Assembly (NCBI GenBank): GCA_022562295.1
Contig: JADFPO010000001.1
Coordinates: 13,112 to 77,111, forward strand
Direction: 5' to 3'
Origin: Gemmatimonadota bacterium
Lineage (GTDB): Bacteria; Gemmatimonadota; Gemmatimonadetes; Gemmatimonadales; GWC2-71-9
DNA length: 64,000 nt
Both the position numbers and the translations under genes were made by a program. The notes beneath the pieces were generated by a model. The model was not told where the DNA came from. It was given only the letters and a program-made list of their open reading frames with translations, and searched no databases. This document shows, piece by piece, positions 16,918-25,263 of this stretch; positions within the stretch are counted from its first letter, which is position 1; the number at the start of each line of letters is the position of its first letter.

Positions 16918-18332
16918 GGGAGTTTGAATATGATGCGGATCGTGCCCGTGATGGTCCGCGGCGTGCCGGTTGAAGTAGTAGTCGTGTTCGGTTGCGACGC
17001 ACTCGTCCCGGTGGACTGGCTGGTCTGCTGCGCGCCCGAGGTTTGGGCGGGCTGCGAGGTCTGAGTCGTCTGCTCGGCCTGGGTTGCAGCCACGTCGCCG
17101 ACGGAGCTGTTCACCGCGCTCTGGACTACATCCGGCACCGGTGGAGCATCGGGTTGCGTCACGACGGCGGCGCTGACCGTGGTGACGTCACCCGCCGTGG
17201 CCGCTTGCACGGTCGGCGCGAGCGTCGCGGCCTCGTACTGCTCCCGTGCCTGTGTGAAGCCAGGGTCACTTTGAACGGCTTGGGAAAAATGGAGGGCCGC
17301 AGTCGCGTAATCGCCGAGGTCCTCCGCAATCAGCCCGTTGGAATAGGCCAAGAACGCTATGAGGTTTTGCGTGCCGTTCTCCAAGATCCGCTCCCGCTCC
17401 GCTGGGGAAACCTGATATCCCAATTGGGCGGAAATCGCGATGACGAGCTCTTTTTCCAGTCGCAGCAGATCGCGAAGGCGGCCGGTCACCCCGTCGGAGG
17501 GGCTGACCTCACCGTTCGCCAGAACAACGTTCGCCTCGAGGCTGACGTTTTCGTCGGGCGGGATTACGGCCAGACCTTGCACCATTCGGCCAGCTCTCAC
17601 CAGCCGCCCCACACGGGCAGTGGTGGCGGGATCAAACCGGGTGTTCTCGGCCAGCGCGAGCTCGCCGAGGAGCGCGCCTATCTGAAGGCGCTCGACCAGG
17701 CGGAACTGCTGCAATAGCGCCAAGTCCGACATCAGCATCTGCGCCAAGCCCCGGCCCAGCGGATGGTATATGGAATCGCCGGTAATGCTCAGCGGCAGCA
17801 CGGCAACGGCCTGCGGGTCGGTGGGTTCGGCCGTCAGCTCGGCTTCCCGGGCGAGCGCCTGCCGGGCAACGGCGTTCGCCCGGGTGCGGCGCGTCAACAT
17901 GATGCGCGCTCGAACCGACGCTACCCCCTGAGCATCCGGATACCGTGTGACGAAGTTTTCATATGTCGCAATGGCTTGGTCGAAATCGCTCGCTTGCTCC
18001 ATGCACTGACCGATTACCGTCGGGGCCAGGGCGTGGTCGGGCGCAAACCGAGCGCCCAAACGGGCGACCGTCGTAGCGGAGTCACACCGGTCCGCAGTGA
18101 ACAGGGCCGCAGCGTAACGCAGCATACGGTCAGCATTGCGGGGTTCGAGTCGTATTTCGCGCTCGAGGTCCGGTATTTCCTCCGGAGAGACCGCGCTGGG
18201 CCCCGCTGGAAGGCAGCCGGCGGTGAACAGCAAAATGGCTCCCGCCATGAGAGGCCGCGAATGCCGCGTCACGTGAGGACGTATAAGGAAAGGTTCAGCC
18301 ATGTGACTCTCTCGGCTAAAGCGTCTGACCAT
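16914..18332 (-). CDS. TPR-like + CsgG-like lipoprotein with Thr/Gln-rich C-terminal tail (operon gene A)
   Basis: 472-aa ORF; the start could instead be the ATG at 18302 or 18248. Lipobox-like LLFTAGC. The central block VAVLPLSITGDS..LGRGLAQMLMSDLALLQQFRLVERLQIGALLGELAL follows the CsgG / curli-assembly lipoprotein signature. The C-terminus is low complexity (TQAEQTTQTSQPAQTSGAQQTSQSTGTSASQPNTTTTSTGT) and ends ITGTIRIIFKLP. Confidence 0.6.
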   Translation of the reverse strand: MVRRFSRESHMAEPFLIRPHVTRHSRPLMAGAILLFTAGCLPAGPSAVSPEEIPDLEREIRLEPRNADRMLRYAAALFTADRCDSATTVARLGARFAPDHALAPTVIGQCMEQASDFDQAIATYENFVTRYPDAQGVASVRARIMLTRRTRANAVARQALAREAELTAEPTDPQAVAVLPLSITGDSIYHPLGRGLAQMLMSDLALLQQFRLVERLQIGALLGELALAENTRFDPATTARVGRLVRAGRMVQGLAVIPPDENVSLEANVVLANGEVSPSDGVTGRLRDLLRLEKELVIAISAQLGYQVSPAERERILENGTQNLIAFLAYSNGLIAEDLGDYATAALHFSQAVQSDPGFTQAREQYEAATLAPTVQAATAGDVTTVSAAVVTQPDAPPVPDVVQSAVNSSVGDVAATQAEQTTQTSQPAQTSGAQQTSQSTGTSASQPNTTTTSTGTPRTITGTIRIIFKLP

Positions 18333-18523
18333 GAAACCCAGCAGAGAGGGCAGAACTTGGCTTTCCGACGAGATGGCGTCAAGTCCGCACGCTCTTTGGG
18401 GTTCGGCGTCAGGCGCCGCCGCATCCTACTCCTTACTTACCTACAGAGGTAGAGCCTTGCGAACAGTAATAGTGTGACAGTGCAAGTGGAAAAGCAGTGC
18501 GCTAGATCACACACCCGCGGGGC

Positions 18524-18727
18524 TTACCCTGAGGATTCCTGCAGGATGTCGCGCATCCGGCGCGACAATCGTTCGATTTCCTTGATGGACTGCTCCGTCT
18601 CGGCATCGAGCGGCTGGCCCATCAGGAGGAGTTGAGCCTCCGCCAGAATGGCGGAAAGCGGATTCGCTAAGTCATGCCGTAGTTTGCGGTTCGGATCGTC
18701 TAGCGACCCTGATGGTGAATTGGTCAC
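18524..18727 (-). CDS. Stand-alone histidine-kinase DHp (HisKA-like, H-box) mini-protein
   Basis: 67 aa: ..RKLRHDLANPLSAILAEAQLLL..EQSIKEIERLSRRMRDILQE. This is an H-box helix plus a second helix with no ATPase domain. Its ATG overlaps the stop of the upstream 97-aa ORF (ATGA). Confidence 0.55.
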   Translation of the reverse strand: MTNSPSGSLDDPNRKLRHDLANPLSAILAEAQLLLMGQPLDAETEQSIKEIERLSRRMRDILQESSG

Positions 18728-19017
18728 TCAACAATCAAAGACCGATAGAGATCGCGGATGTGGTGGTCTGGCAAGTCCCGGACCGCCTCCCAAAGGGCGG
18801 GCTCCGTCGCGCCAAAAAAGATCTCTGCCGTCGAGAGCGCCTGATCGATTTCTCCCGCGCCGAATAGCAACCTGCCGCGCCATGTCGCGTCCTCCGCGCG
18901 ATGGACCAAGAGCCGCACGGCAACCGACTCATCGCCAAACGGAATGGAAGAAAGATCGTGCATGACCGGTTCACCGGGATCGGCACGGCTATAGCGGTGG
19001 TTTGGGGTCGCGGGCAT
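18724..19017 (-). CDS. Hypothetical protein (97 aa), translationally coupled to the DHp mini-protein
   Basis: ORF with no motif I recognise. Coding status is supported mainly by the 4-nt overlap with the next gene. An alternative start is the internal Met in VMHDLSS. Confidence 0.45.
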   Translation of the reverse strand: MPATPNHRYSRADPGEPVMHDLSSIPFGDESVAVRLLVHRAEDATWRGRLLFGAGEIDQALSTAEIFFGATEPALWEAVRDLPDHHIRDLYRSLIVE

Positions 19018-19074
19018 TCTCAGATTCGGTCGAGGTTGCGCAAATATAAAGGCAACTTTGACTTACGCAATGGT

Positions 19075-19106
19075 GAGCGAGTGGTCACTAAATATTTCAC
19101 TCGCTC
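19075..19106. repeat. Perfect 9-bp inverted repeat (possible terminator of the M50 protease gene or an operator)
   Basis: GAGCGAGTG (19075-19083) and CACTCGCTC (19098-19106) flank a 14-nt AT-rich loop, in the 196-bp gap between 19214..20344 and 18724..19017. Confidence 0.4.
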
Positions 19107-19213
19107 GATTCCAACGCATTCCAGCGCGGCCCAGATCTTGCGTTTTCCTTAATCAAGGCCGGCGAGATGGTGCGCCGCGGTTTCGCCACCGTCCAGGGTT
19201 CATGGCGCGTCCT

Positions 19214-20344
19214 TTAGAAGGAAAGCGATGGTAGCGGATTCGCGGTGAAGGTTGCGATGAACAGCGCCGCGGTCGCCAAGCCGACAGGCCAGCGGGTGGC
19301 CGGAATCGGTCGATGCGGTTCGAGCACGGAGGGGTGGGCAATCCGTCCGCGTCCCAAGAGCAGGATCAGCCCTGCCCAAATCCACCAACCGTGAAACTGG
19401 AATCCCATGAGAACCAGACCGTACCACATCAACTTCCCCACCGCGGCCTGATGCCTGCCCACCAGAGCGTAGAGGATGTGCCCGCCGTCGAGCTGGCCCA
19501 GCGGCATCAAGTTCAGCATGGTGACGAAGATGCCGAACCACCCCGCGAGTGCGAGCGGATGCAAGATGACGGTTCCCTCTCCAACCAGGAGCGATCGCAC
19601 GGCGGTGAGCAACAACGAGTCACCCAGATAGAACGGGACCTGGCCGATGTAGATGAGTTGCTGGGTCACCCCGGGATTGCCGGTCAGTACCTGGGACTTG
19701 AGCAGTCCCACCGCCAGGATTCCCACCGCCACCACCAGGCCAGCCCACGGTCCCGCAGCGCCCACGTCGATCAGTTGGCGGCGGTCGACGATCGGGCTCC
19801 GCAGCCGGATGAACGCCCCGAAGGTGCCGATGAAGTTGATTTGCCAGGGAGCGGGAAGAAAATACGGGGGCGAGGCGTCGATGTGGTATCGCTTCGCGAG
19901 GACGTAATGGCCCATCTCGTGGGCGAGCAGTATGCCCATCAACGCGGCGGCGAACCCCAGGCCCTCGGCCGAGTCGGCAACCCACGCCACAAGGAGACCC
20001 CATAGCGTGGCGAAGTTCGCACCGGCGGGCACTCTAAAATCGGGAGATTGCCCCATCAGCTGCGCGGCGGCCATCCACACCGTCGCGAACGTCAACAGGA
20101 AGAGGAACACGTGAAGCCACCAACGCTCTCTGGGCGGCGGCCGCAGCGAGCGAATGAGAACAATACGGTGTGGCCCTTCGCGTCGTGACCAGTAGTACGT
20201 GCCGGGCCACGCATCCAGCGCCTCGCTGAGTTCCCGCGAAGGTCCGAGGTGCTCGGGTGCGACCACGGCATCGACCACTTCGCGGTCGAGGGCCGTGGAA
20301 GTTCGCCAATAGCTGAAATACGGAGAGATTTGGTTCAGGGGCAC
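19214..20344 (-). CDS. Site-2 protease family (peptidase M50) membrane metalloprotease
   Basis: 376 aa, multi-pass hydrophobic, with the HEMGHY zinc motif (LLAHEMGHYVLAKRY) and a downstream LDGG motif. Confidence 0.85.
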   Translation of the reverse strand: MPLNQISPYFSYWRTSTALDREVVDAVVAPEHLGPSRELSEALDAWPGTYYWSRREGPHRIVLIRSLRPPPRERWWLHVFLFLLTFATVWMAAAQLMGQSPDFRVPAGANFATLWGLLVAWVADSAEGLGFAAALMGILLAHEMGHYVLAKRYHIDASPPYFLPAPWQINFIGTFGAFIRLRSPIVDRRQLIDVGAAGPWAGLVVAVGILAVGLLKSQVLTGNPGVTQQLIYIGQVPFYLGDSLLLTAVRSLLVGEGTVILHPLALAGWFGIFVTMLNLMPLGQLDGGHILYALVGRHQAAVGKLMWYGLVLMGFQFHGWWIWAGLILLLGRGRIAHPSVLEPHRPIPATRWPVGLATAALFIATFTANPLPSLSF

Positions 20345-20346
20345 TC

Positions 20347-20375
20347 TTGACGGGTCCTTCTGCGAATCCTATATA
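20347..20375 (+). promoter_or_regulatory. Candidate sigma70-type promoter of rho
   Basis: TTGACG (20347-20352), a 17-nt spacer, then TATATA (20370-20375). The hexamer style matches the site at 3990. Confidence 0.5.
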
Positions 20376-20497
20376 TTGAACACCATCACTTCGTAGAGAA
20401 ACCCCTTACCGAAAACCCGCAGGCACCACACCCCCGTGCGCCACCGCCCAACACGGTGGAAGTCGCGTCCATTCTGCTCAAGAAACTTGCCGGAACC

Positions 20498-21763
20498 ATG
20501 GAGTCCGCCGCCGTGGACATCACTGAACTCAAACAAAAATCCGTTCCAGACTTGCACAAGATGGCCGACGAGTTGAACATCACCAACTTTTCGGGCCTTC
20601 GCAAGCAGGACCTCATCTTCCGGATCGAGCAGTCGCTGCTTGATTCGGACACTGTGCTGCGTGGGGAAGGCGTCCTTGAGATCCTCCCCGAAGGATACGG
20701 TTTCTTGCGCAGTCAGGATTGGAATTACCTCTACGGGCCCGACGATATCTATGTGAGTCCGAGTCAGATCAAACGTTTCGACTTACGAACCGGGGACACC
20801 ATTCTGGGACAGGTGCGACCTCCCAAAGATGGCGAGCGCTATCTGGCCCTCCTCAAGGTCGAGAAGGTCAACTTCGAGGAACCCGATAGAGCAAAGCACC
20901 GAATCGCGTTCGACAACCTGAAGCCACGCTATCCAAGCCGCCGCATCTCTCTCGAGCGCAAAGACGGCGACTTATCATGTCGGGTAATCGATCTGCTATC
21001 ACCGATCGGATTCGGACAACGCGGCCTGATCGTCGCTCCACCCAAAGCCGGCAAGACCATCCTCCTCCAAAAAATTGCAAACGCCATCTCGGAAACCAGT
21101 CCTGATGCTACCCTCATCGTTCTCCTCATCGACGAGCGTCCGGAAGAAGTGACCGATATGGAGGAAAACGTCAAGGCGGAGGTGATCGCGTCCACGTTCG
21201 ACGAGCCTGCCGACCGGCACGTGCAGGTAGCAGACATGGTGATCGAAAAGGCGCGGCGCCTCGTAGAACACGGGAAGGACGTGATCATCCTCCTCGATTC
21301 CATCACGAGACTCGCACGTGCTCACAACGTGGTCATTCCCCACTCCGGCAAGATTCTATCCGGAGGCGTCGACGCCAATGCGCTGCAGAAGCCGAAGCGT
21401 TTTTTCGGGGCCGCACGCAACATCGATGACGGCGGCTCGCTCACCATCATCGCAACGGCACTCGTGGACACGGGCAGCCGTATGGACGAGGTGATTTTCG
21501 AGGAGTTCAAAGGAACCGGCAATATGGAGTTGGTGCTCGACCGCCGCATCTCCGACCGCCGCATTTATCCGGCAATAGATGTCCAGAAGACCTCGACCCG
21601 AAAAGAGGAACTCCTGTTGGATCAAGAGGAACTCAACAAGACCTACCTCCTCAGGAATTTCCTTGCAGACATGCCGACGGTCGAGGCCATCGAGTTTCTC
21701 CTCGAGCGCATGAAACGGACCGACACGAACAAGGAATTCTTCGCGACGATGCAGCAGGGTTAA
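20498..21763 (+). CDS. rho: Transcription termination factor Rho
   Basis: [37 protein letters not shown].. (N-terminal domain), then Walker A APPKAGKT and the RecA-like core. Start placed at the ATG at 20498; the track's GTG at 20456 would add 14 aa and cannot be excluded. Confidence 0.9.
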   Translation: MESAAVDITELKQKSVPDLHKMADELNITNFSGLRKQDLIFRIEQSLLDSDTVLRGEGVLEILPEGYGFLRSQDWNYLYGPDDIYVSPSQIKRFDLRTGDTILGQVRPPKDGERYLALLKVEKVNFEEPDRAKHRIAFDNLKPRYPSRRISLERKDGDLSCRVIDLLSPIGFGQRGLIVAPPKAGKTILLQKIANAISETSPDATLIVLLIDERPEEVTDMEENVKAEVIASTFDEPADRHVQVADMVIEKARRLVEHGKDVIILLDSITRLARAHNVVIPHSGKILSGGVDANALQKPKRFFGAARNIDDGGSLTIIATALVDTGSRMDEVIFEEFKGTGNMELVLDRRISDRRIYPAIDVQKTSTRKEELLLDQEELNKTYLLRNFLADMPTVEAIEFLLERMKRTDTNKEFFATMQQG

Positions 21764-21768
21764 CGATC

Positions 21769-22254
21769 GTGTCGGAGCACACCACCACGCCTAGTCCCGT
21801 CGGTGTAGGTAACGAGGAGGTGGTGTTGCCATCCGGCGGCAAGTTGCTCGCGATTGATTGGGGCGAAAAACGCATCGGTCTCGCTCTCTCCGACGCCGAA
21901 CAGCACATAGCCCACCCGCTGGGCACGCTGACTCGCCGACTCGGGCGGCGCTTTCCCATGAAACAACTCCGAGTGCACCTCGATGCACACCAGCCCGTTG
22001 GCGTGCTCGTCGGCCTTCCCCTAGAGGAATCCGGCGAGGAGGGCCCCAACGCCGAGAAGGCCCGACTCACCGGCGAATTGGTTCGTTCCAAATCCGGCAT
22101 TCCTGTGTCGTTTTTCGATGAGCGGATGACGACAGCGCGTGCCCTGCAGGCGGTTCGGGATCTGGGCGGGAACACCCGCGGGCGAAGGGAAGAGATCGAC
22201 TCACTCGCCGCGACGGTGTTGTTGCAGACCTACCTCGACACCAATCGGTCATGA
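21769..22254 (+). CDS. ruvX: Holliday-junction resolvase-like nuclease YqgF/RuvX
   Basis: 161 aa with the motif GKLLAIDWGEKRIGLALSD. 5 nt after rho. Confidence 0.85.
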   Translation: MSEHTTTPSPVGVGNEEVVLPSGGKLLAIDWGEKRIGLALSDAEQHIAHPLGTLTRRLGRRFPMKQLRVHLDAHQPVGVLVGLPLEESGEEGPNAEKARLTGELVRSKSGIPVSFFDERMTTARALQAVRDLGGNTRGRREEIDSLAATVLLQTYLDTNRS

Positions 22255-23213
22255 AACGGGCATGGATGGTGGTGGGGGCGCTTGCCGCATGGTCGCTGGC
22301 GGCGTGCGCGTCGCCACAATCACCAACCCAACCCGTCCGGGTAACGATTCCGCGCGGAGCCTCGGTGACGACCGTTGCCGACTCGCTCGTTGCGCGGGGC
22401 GTCATCGAATCATCGGGTTGGTTCCGGCTGTACACCAAACTCGTCGGCCGCGAGACGAGCCTTCAGGCGGGGGTATACGATTTGGCCTTGGGGTCAGCAG
22501 CGTCTGCAGTGGTTGGCGTGCTGGCCACGGGCCGAATCGCGCACGACCGGCTCGTCCTGCCCGAGGGGCTCATGTTGAACGAGATCGCCGAAGCGGTCGA
22601 GGCACAGTTGGGAATCCCAGCTGACAGTTTTCGTGCCGCCGCGCACGACGCCGCGCTCGTGCGCCGGGTCGGAGCCCGCCAGCCCACCTTGGAGGGTTAT
22701 CTCTATCCCAACACCTACAACGTTCGCGTCGGAGCCACGGCGCTGGATGTCGTTCGCCAGATGGTCGCCGAGTTCGAAGCCCAGTGGAAACCGGAGTGGA
22801 ATGAGCGGCTGGACACGCTGAATCTGAGCCGTGACGAAATCGTGACGCTGGCCTCGATTGTGGAGGCAGAGGTGGACGCTCACTCGGATCGTCACTACGT
22901 CTCATCGGTCTATCACAACCGGCTCGCTCGCGGAATGCGTCTCGAAGCGGATCCCACCGTCATCTACGCATTGGGTGAACGCAGACGCCTCTTTAACCGC
23001 GACTACAGCGTGGAGTCTCCCTACAATACCTATCTCATCGATGGGCTGCCGCCTCACGCCATCGGCCAACCGTCAGCCGCGAGTATCGACGCCGCGCTGT
23101 ATCCCCGCAACAGCGACTTCCTGTTCTTCGTGGCCGGCCCGGGCGGTAAGCATGTTTTTTCCCGCACGTATCGGGAGCATCAGTCGGCAATTCGCGCGAT
23201 CCGCAGCCAATAG
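22251..23213 (+). CDS. mltG: Endolytic murein transglycosylase MltG (YceG family)
   Basis: 320 aa with an N-terminal anchor, then ..LEGYLYPNTY.. and ..ASIVEAE.. motifs of the YceG family. 4-nt overlap with ruvX. Confidence 0.85.
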   Translation: MKRAWMVVGALAAWSLAACASPQSPTQPVRVTIPRGASVTTVADSLVARGVIESSGWFRLYTKLVGRETSLQAGVYDLALGSAASAVVGVLATGRIAHDRLVLPEGLMLNEIAEAVEAQLGIPADSFRAAAHDAALVRRVGARQPTLEGYLYPNTYNVRVGATALDVVRQMVAEFEAQWKPEWNERLDTLNLSRDEIVTLASIVEAEVDAHSDRHYVSSVYHNRLARGMRLEADPTVIYALGERRRLFNRDYSVESPYNTYLIDGLPPHAIGQPSAASIDAALYPRNSDFLFFVAGPGGKHVFSRTYREHQSAIRAIRSQ

Positions 23214-23222
23214 CCAGAATCA

Positions 23223-23852
23223 CTATCGGATACAGGCGTCCAACTCGTCGCGGATTTCCCTTGTGGCCCGCTCGACGTCCGAAGCGCCGGACACTGCACT
23301 GATGACAGCGACCCCGCGTGCACCGGCCTCTACTACGCGGCGAACATCCCCGGCACCGATCCCACCAATGGCGATGACCGGGAGCCCGGCCGGAGCCAGG
23401 TCCGCCAGCCGGCGGAATCCTTGCTCACCCAGCGCCGGTCCTGCGTCGGCCTTGGAACGCGTACGGTTGAACGGCCCGAGACTCCAGTAGTGCGCCTTTC
23501 CGGTACGCGCGGCGGCGGCCTCACCCTCGGAGCCAACCGAAAACCCCACTCGGATCGAGCCCGACGTGGCCGCGCCGACGCGACCCGGATCCAGGTCGTT
23601 AGCCCCCAAGTGCACGCCATCGGCTCCCGCGGCCCTCGCGACGTCCACTCTGTCGTTAACATATACTGGCGGTTCGACTGCTCGGAGCAAACGCTCGGTG
23701 ATTCGGAGCAACGCGCCCGCAGACGCCGCCTTCCACCGGATCTGGAACGCCGTCGCTCCGCCGGCTTCGGCCGCTCGGGCGGCATCCAGAAAATCCAGGT
23801 CGGGACGCAGATCTGGCACGGTAACGACAATCAACCGGTAATCAGGAGTCAT
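23223..23852 (-). CDS. thiE: Thiamine-phosphate synthase (copy 1)
   Basis: ..VYVNDRVDVARAAGADGVHLGANDL.. and ..LPVIAIGGIGAGDV... Start taken as the ATG at 23852; the track uses the TTG one codon upstream. Confidence 0.8.
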   Translation of the reverse strand: MTPDYRLIVVTVPDLRPDLDFLDAARAAEAGGATAFQIRWKAASAGALLRITERLLRAVEPPVYVNDRVDVARAAGADGVHLGANDLDPGRVGAATSGSIRVGFSVGSEGEAAAARTGKAHYWSLGPFNRTRSKADAGPALGEQGFRRLADLAPAGLPVIAIGGIGAGDVRRVVEAGARGVAVISAVSGASDVERATREIRDELDACIR

Positions 23853-23863
23853 CAAGGAACACC

Positions 23864-24220
23864 ATGCCAGTTCGGGGAATTCGCGGCGCCACGGTCGTCG
23901 CCGCTGACGAGCCGGAGCAGATTCTCGAGGCGACGAAGCGGCTGCTCGAGGACATCATCACCGCCAACGATGTGGACGTCGACGACATCGCGAGCATCAT
24001 GTTCACGATGACTCCGGACCTGGGAAGTGCCTACCCTGCCCAGGCTGCGCGTTTGCTGGGCTGGACGGACGCCCCGCTCCTCGGCGCGGTCGAGACCGAC
24101 GTCGACGGCGCGCTCCCGCGATGCATTCGTGTCCTGATGCATGTGAACACCGGGAAGCCGGTATCCGAGATCACTCACGTCTACCTCGGCAAGGCCGCGA
24201 CCCTGCGACCCGACCGATAA
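23864..24220 (+). CDS. aroH: Chorismate mutase, AroH class
   Basis: 118 aa: MPVRGIRGATVVAADEPEQILEATKRLLEDIITAN..IASIMFTMTPDL... This is the AroH-type signature. AAGGA lies 5 nt upstream of the ATG. Confidence 0.85.
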   Translation: MPVRGIRGATVVAADEPEQILEATKRLLEDIITANDVDVDDIASIMFTMTPDLGSAYPAQAARLLGWTDAPLLGAVETDVDGALPRCIRVLMHVNTGKPVSEITHVYLGKAATLRPDR

Positions 24221-24339
24221 CCACGCATCCAGTCGCCCCTGGGCATGGCGTTGGCGCGATCCATTGGTCCATGCGGTCGCGGGGGCTGTCACTCACCTGG
24301 GTTGCCGTCTCCCCCTAGCCACACCACGTCGGGGCGTCG

Positions 24340-25224
24340 GTGCTGTCAGAACCCATCAACCTGACCCTCCACTTGAGGGTTGACCTGCTCGCCTGCGATC
24401 GCAAGGTTGACGGTACCGTGCTGAGCAATCTCCAGCCCGATAGACCACGCCGCCGTACTCAATCGCTGCGCCAGGAATATGAGCAATTCATCCTGCAGCG
24501 CATCGAAGAGTACAAGGATCAGTTGTCGCGCGCGCAGGTGTTGGGACTCGGCGACGAGGCGGTTCGGGACCTCGAGGTTGGGCCGGAAGGTCAGTTGGTG
24601 CTGACCGAAATTCTCATGCTCGATCACGTGGACCGGATCATCAAGAAACGGCTTCGGCTTCCCACCCTCCGCCGATGGCGTGAGAAGCATGTGAACATGC
24701 GCCGCGCGCAACGGCAACCCACCCACTGGGGGTTGGCATCCGACACACCACTCTCCGAAATCGTGCCCCTGCTCGAGGAATCCGATCTGACCCTAGTCGT
24801 CGGAACGCAGGTCGCAGCGGTAGGCTTTCTCGTCGCCGCCCATGATATCGACGTGTTGCTGATCGATCAGGATCTCGCCGGAGTCGAAGCCACAGAGAGT
24901 CACGCAGCGGCCGAGGCGCTTGCTGGACGTTTTCAAGCGCTGGTCATCAGTTTGGGCGGATGGTTCCCCGACGTGAATCCCACTCTGGTTGTGATGGATC
25001 CGAACCTGATCGCGACCCTAGACGACACCACCGCGGCACGAGTCATCAAGCTACTACAAGATCGAACCGTTCCGGGTGGAGCCCATGTGGTACTCGGCCT
25101 GCCACCTGCTGGCGGGGGAGATCTGGTTCCGCCGGATCGATGGCAGCATCACTACGGAGGGTGGCGAACCGAGCGGTCGAAACGCGTCGGTCGTTCGAGT
25201 TGGTTCTTGGCCAGGCGGCCATGA
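24340..25224 (+). CDS. Hypothetical protein
   Basis: 294-aa ORF with a GTG start and no motif I can name. Its composition is more natural than that of the antisense ORF 24346..24726. Confidence 0.5.
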   Translation: MLSEPINLTLHLRVDLLACDRKVDGTVLSNLQPDRPRRRTQSLRQEYEQFILQRIEEYKDQLSRAQVLGLGDEAVRDLEVGPEGQLVLTEILMLDHVDRIIKKRLRLPTLRRWREKHVNMRRAQRQPTHWGLASDTPLSEIVPLLEESDLTLVVGTQVAAVGFLVAAHDIDVLLIDQDLAGVEATESHAAAEALAGRFQALVISLGGWFPDVNPTLVVMDPNLIATLDDTTAARVIKLLQDRTVPGGAHVVLGLPPAGGGDLVPPDRWQHHYGGWRTERSKRVGRSSWFLARRP

Positions 25225-25263
25225 CTCGACGGCGCCTCTAGGAATTACCCCTGAAAACGTTGC

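Noticed and set aside
14417-17002. 861-aa track ORF spanning two genes
   Set aside because: Its N-terminal ~400 aa are an Arg/Gly/His-rich out-of-frame overlap of the well-formed signal-peptide gene 15787..16917. A TTG at 15790 (TTGA overlap) gives a clean lipoprotein signal, so the gene was trimmed to 14417..15790.
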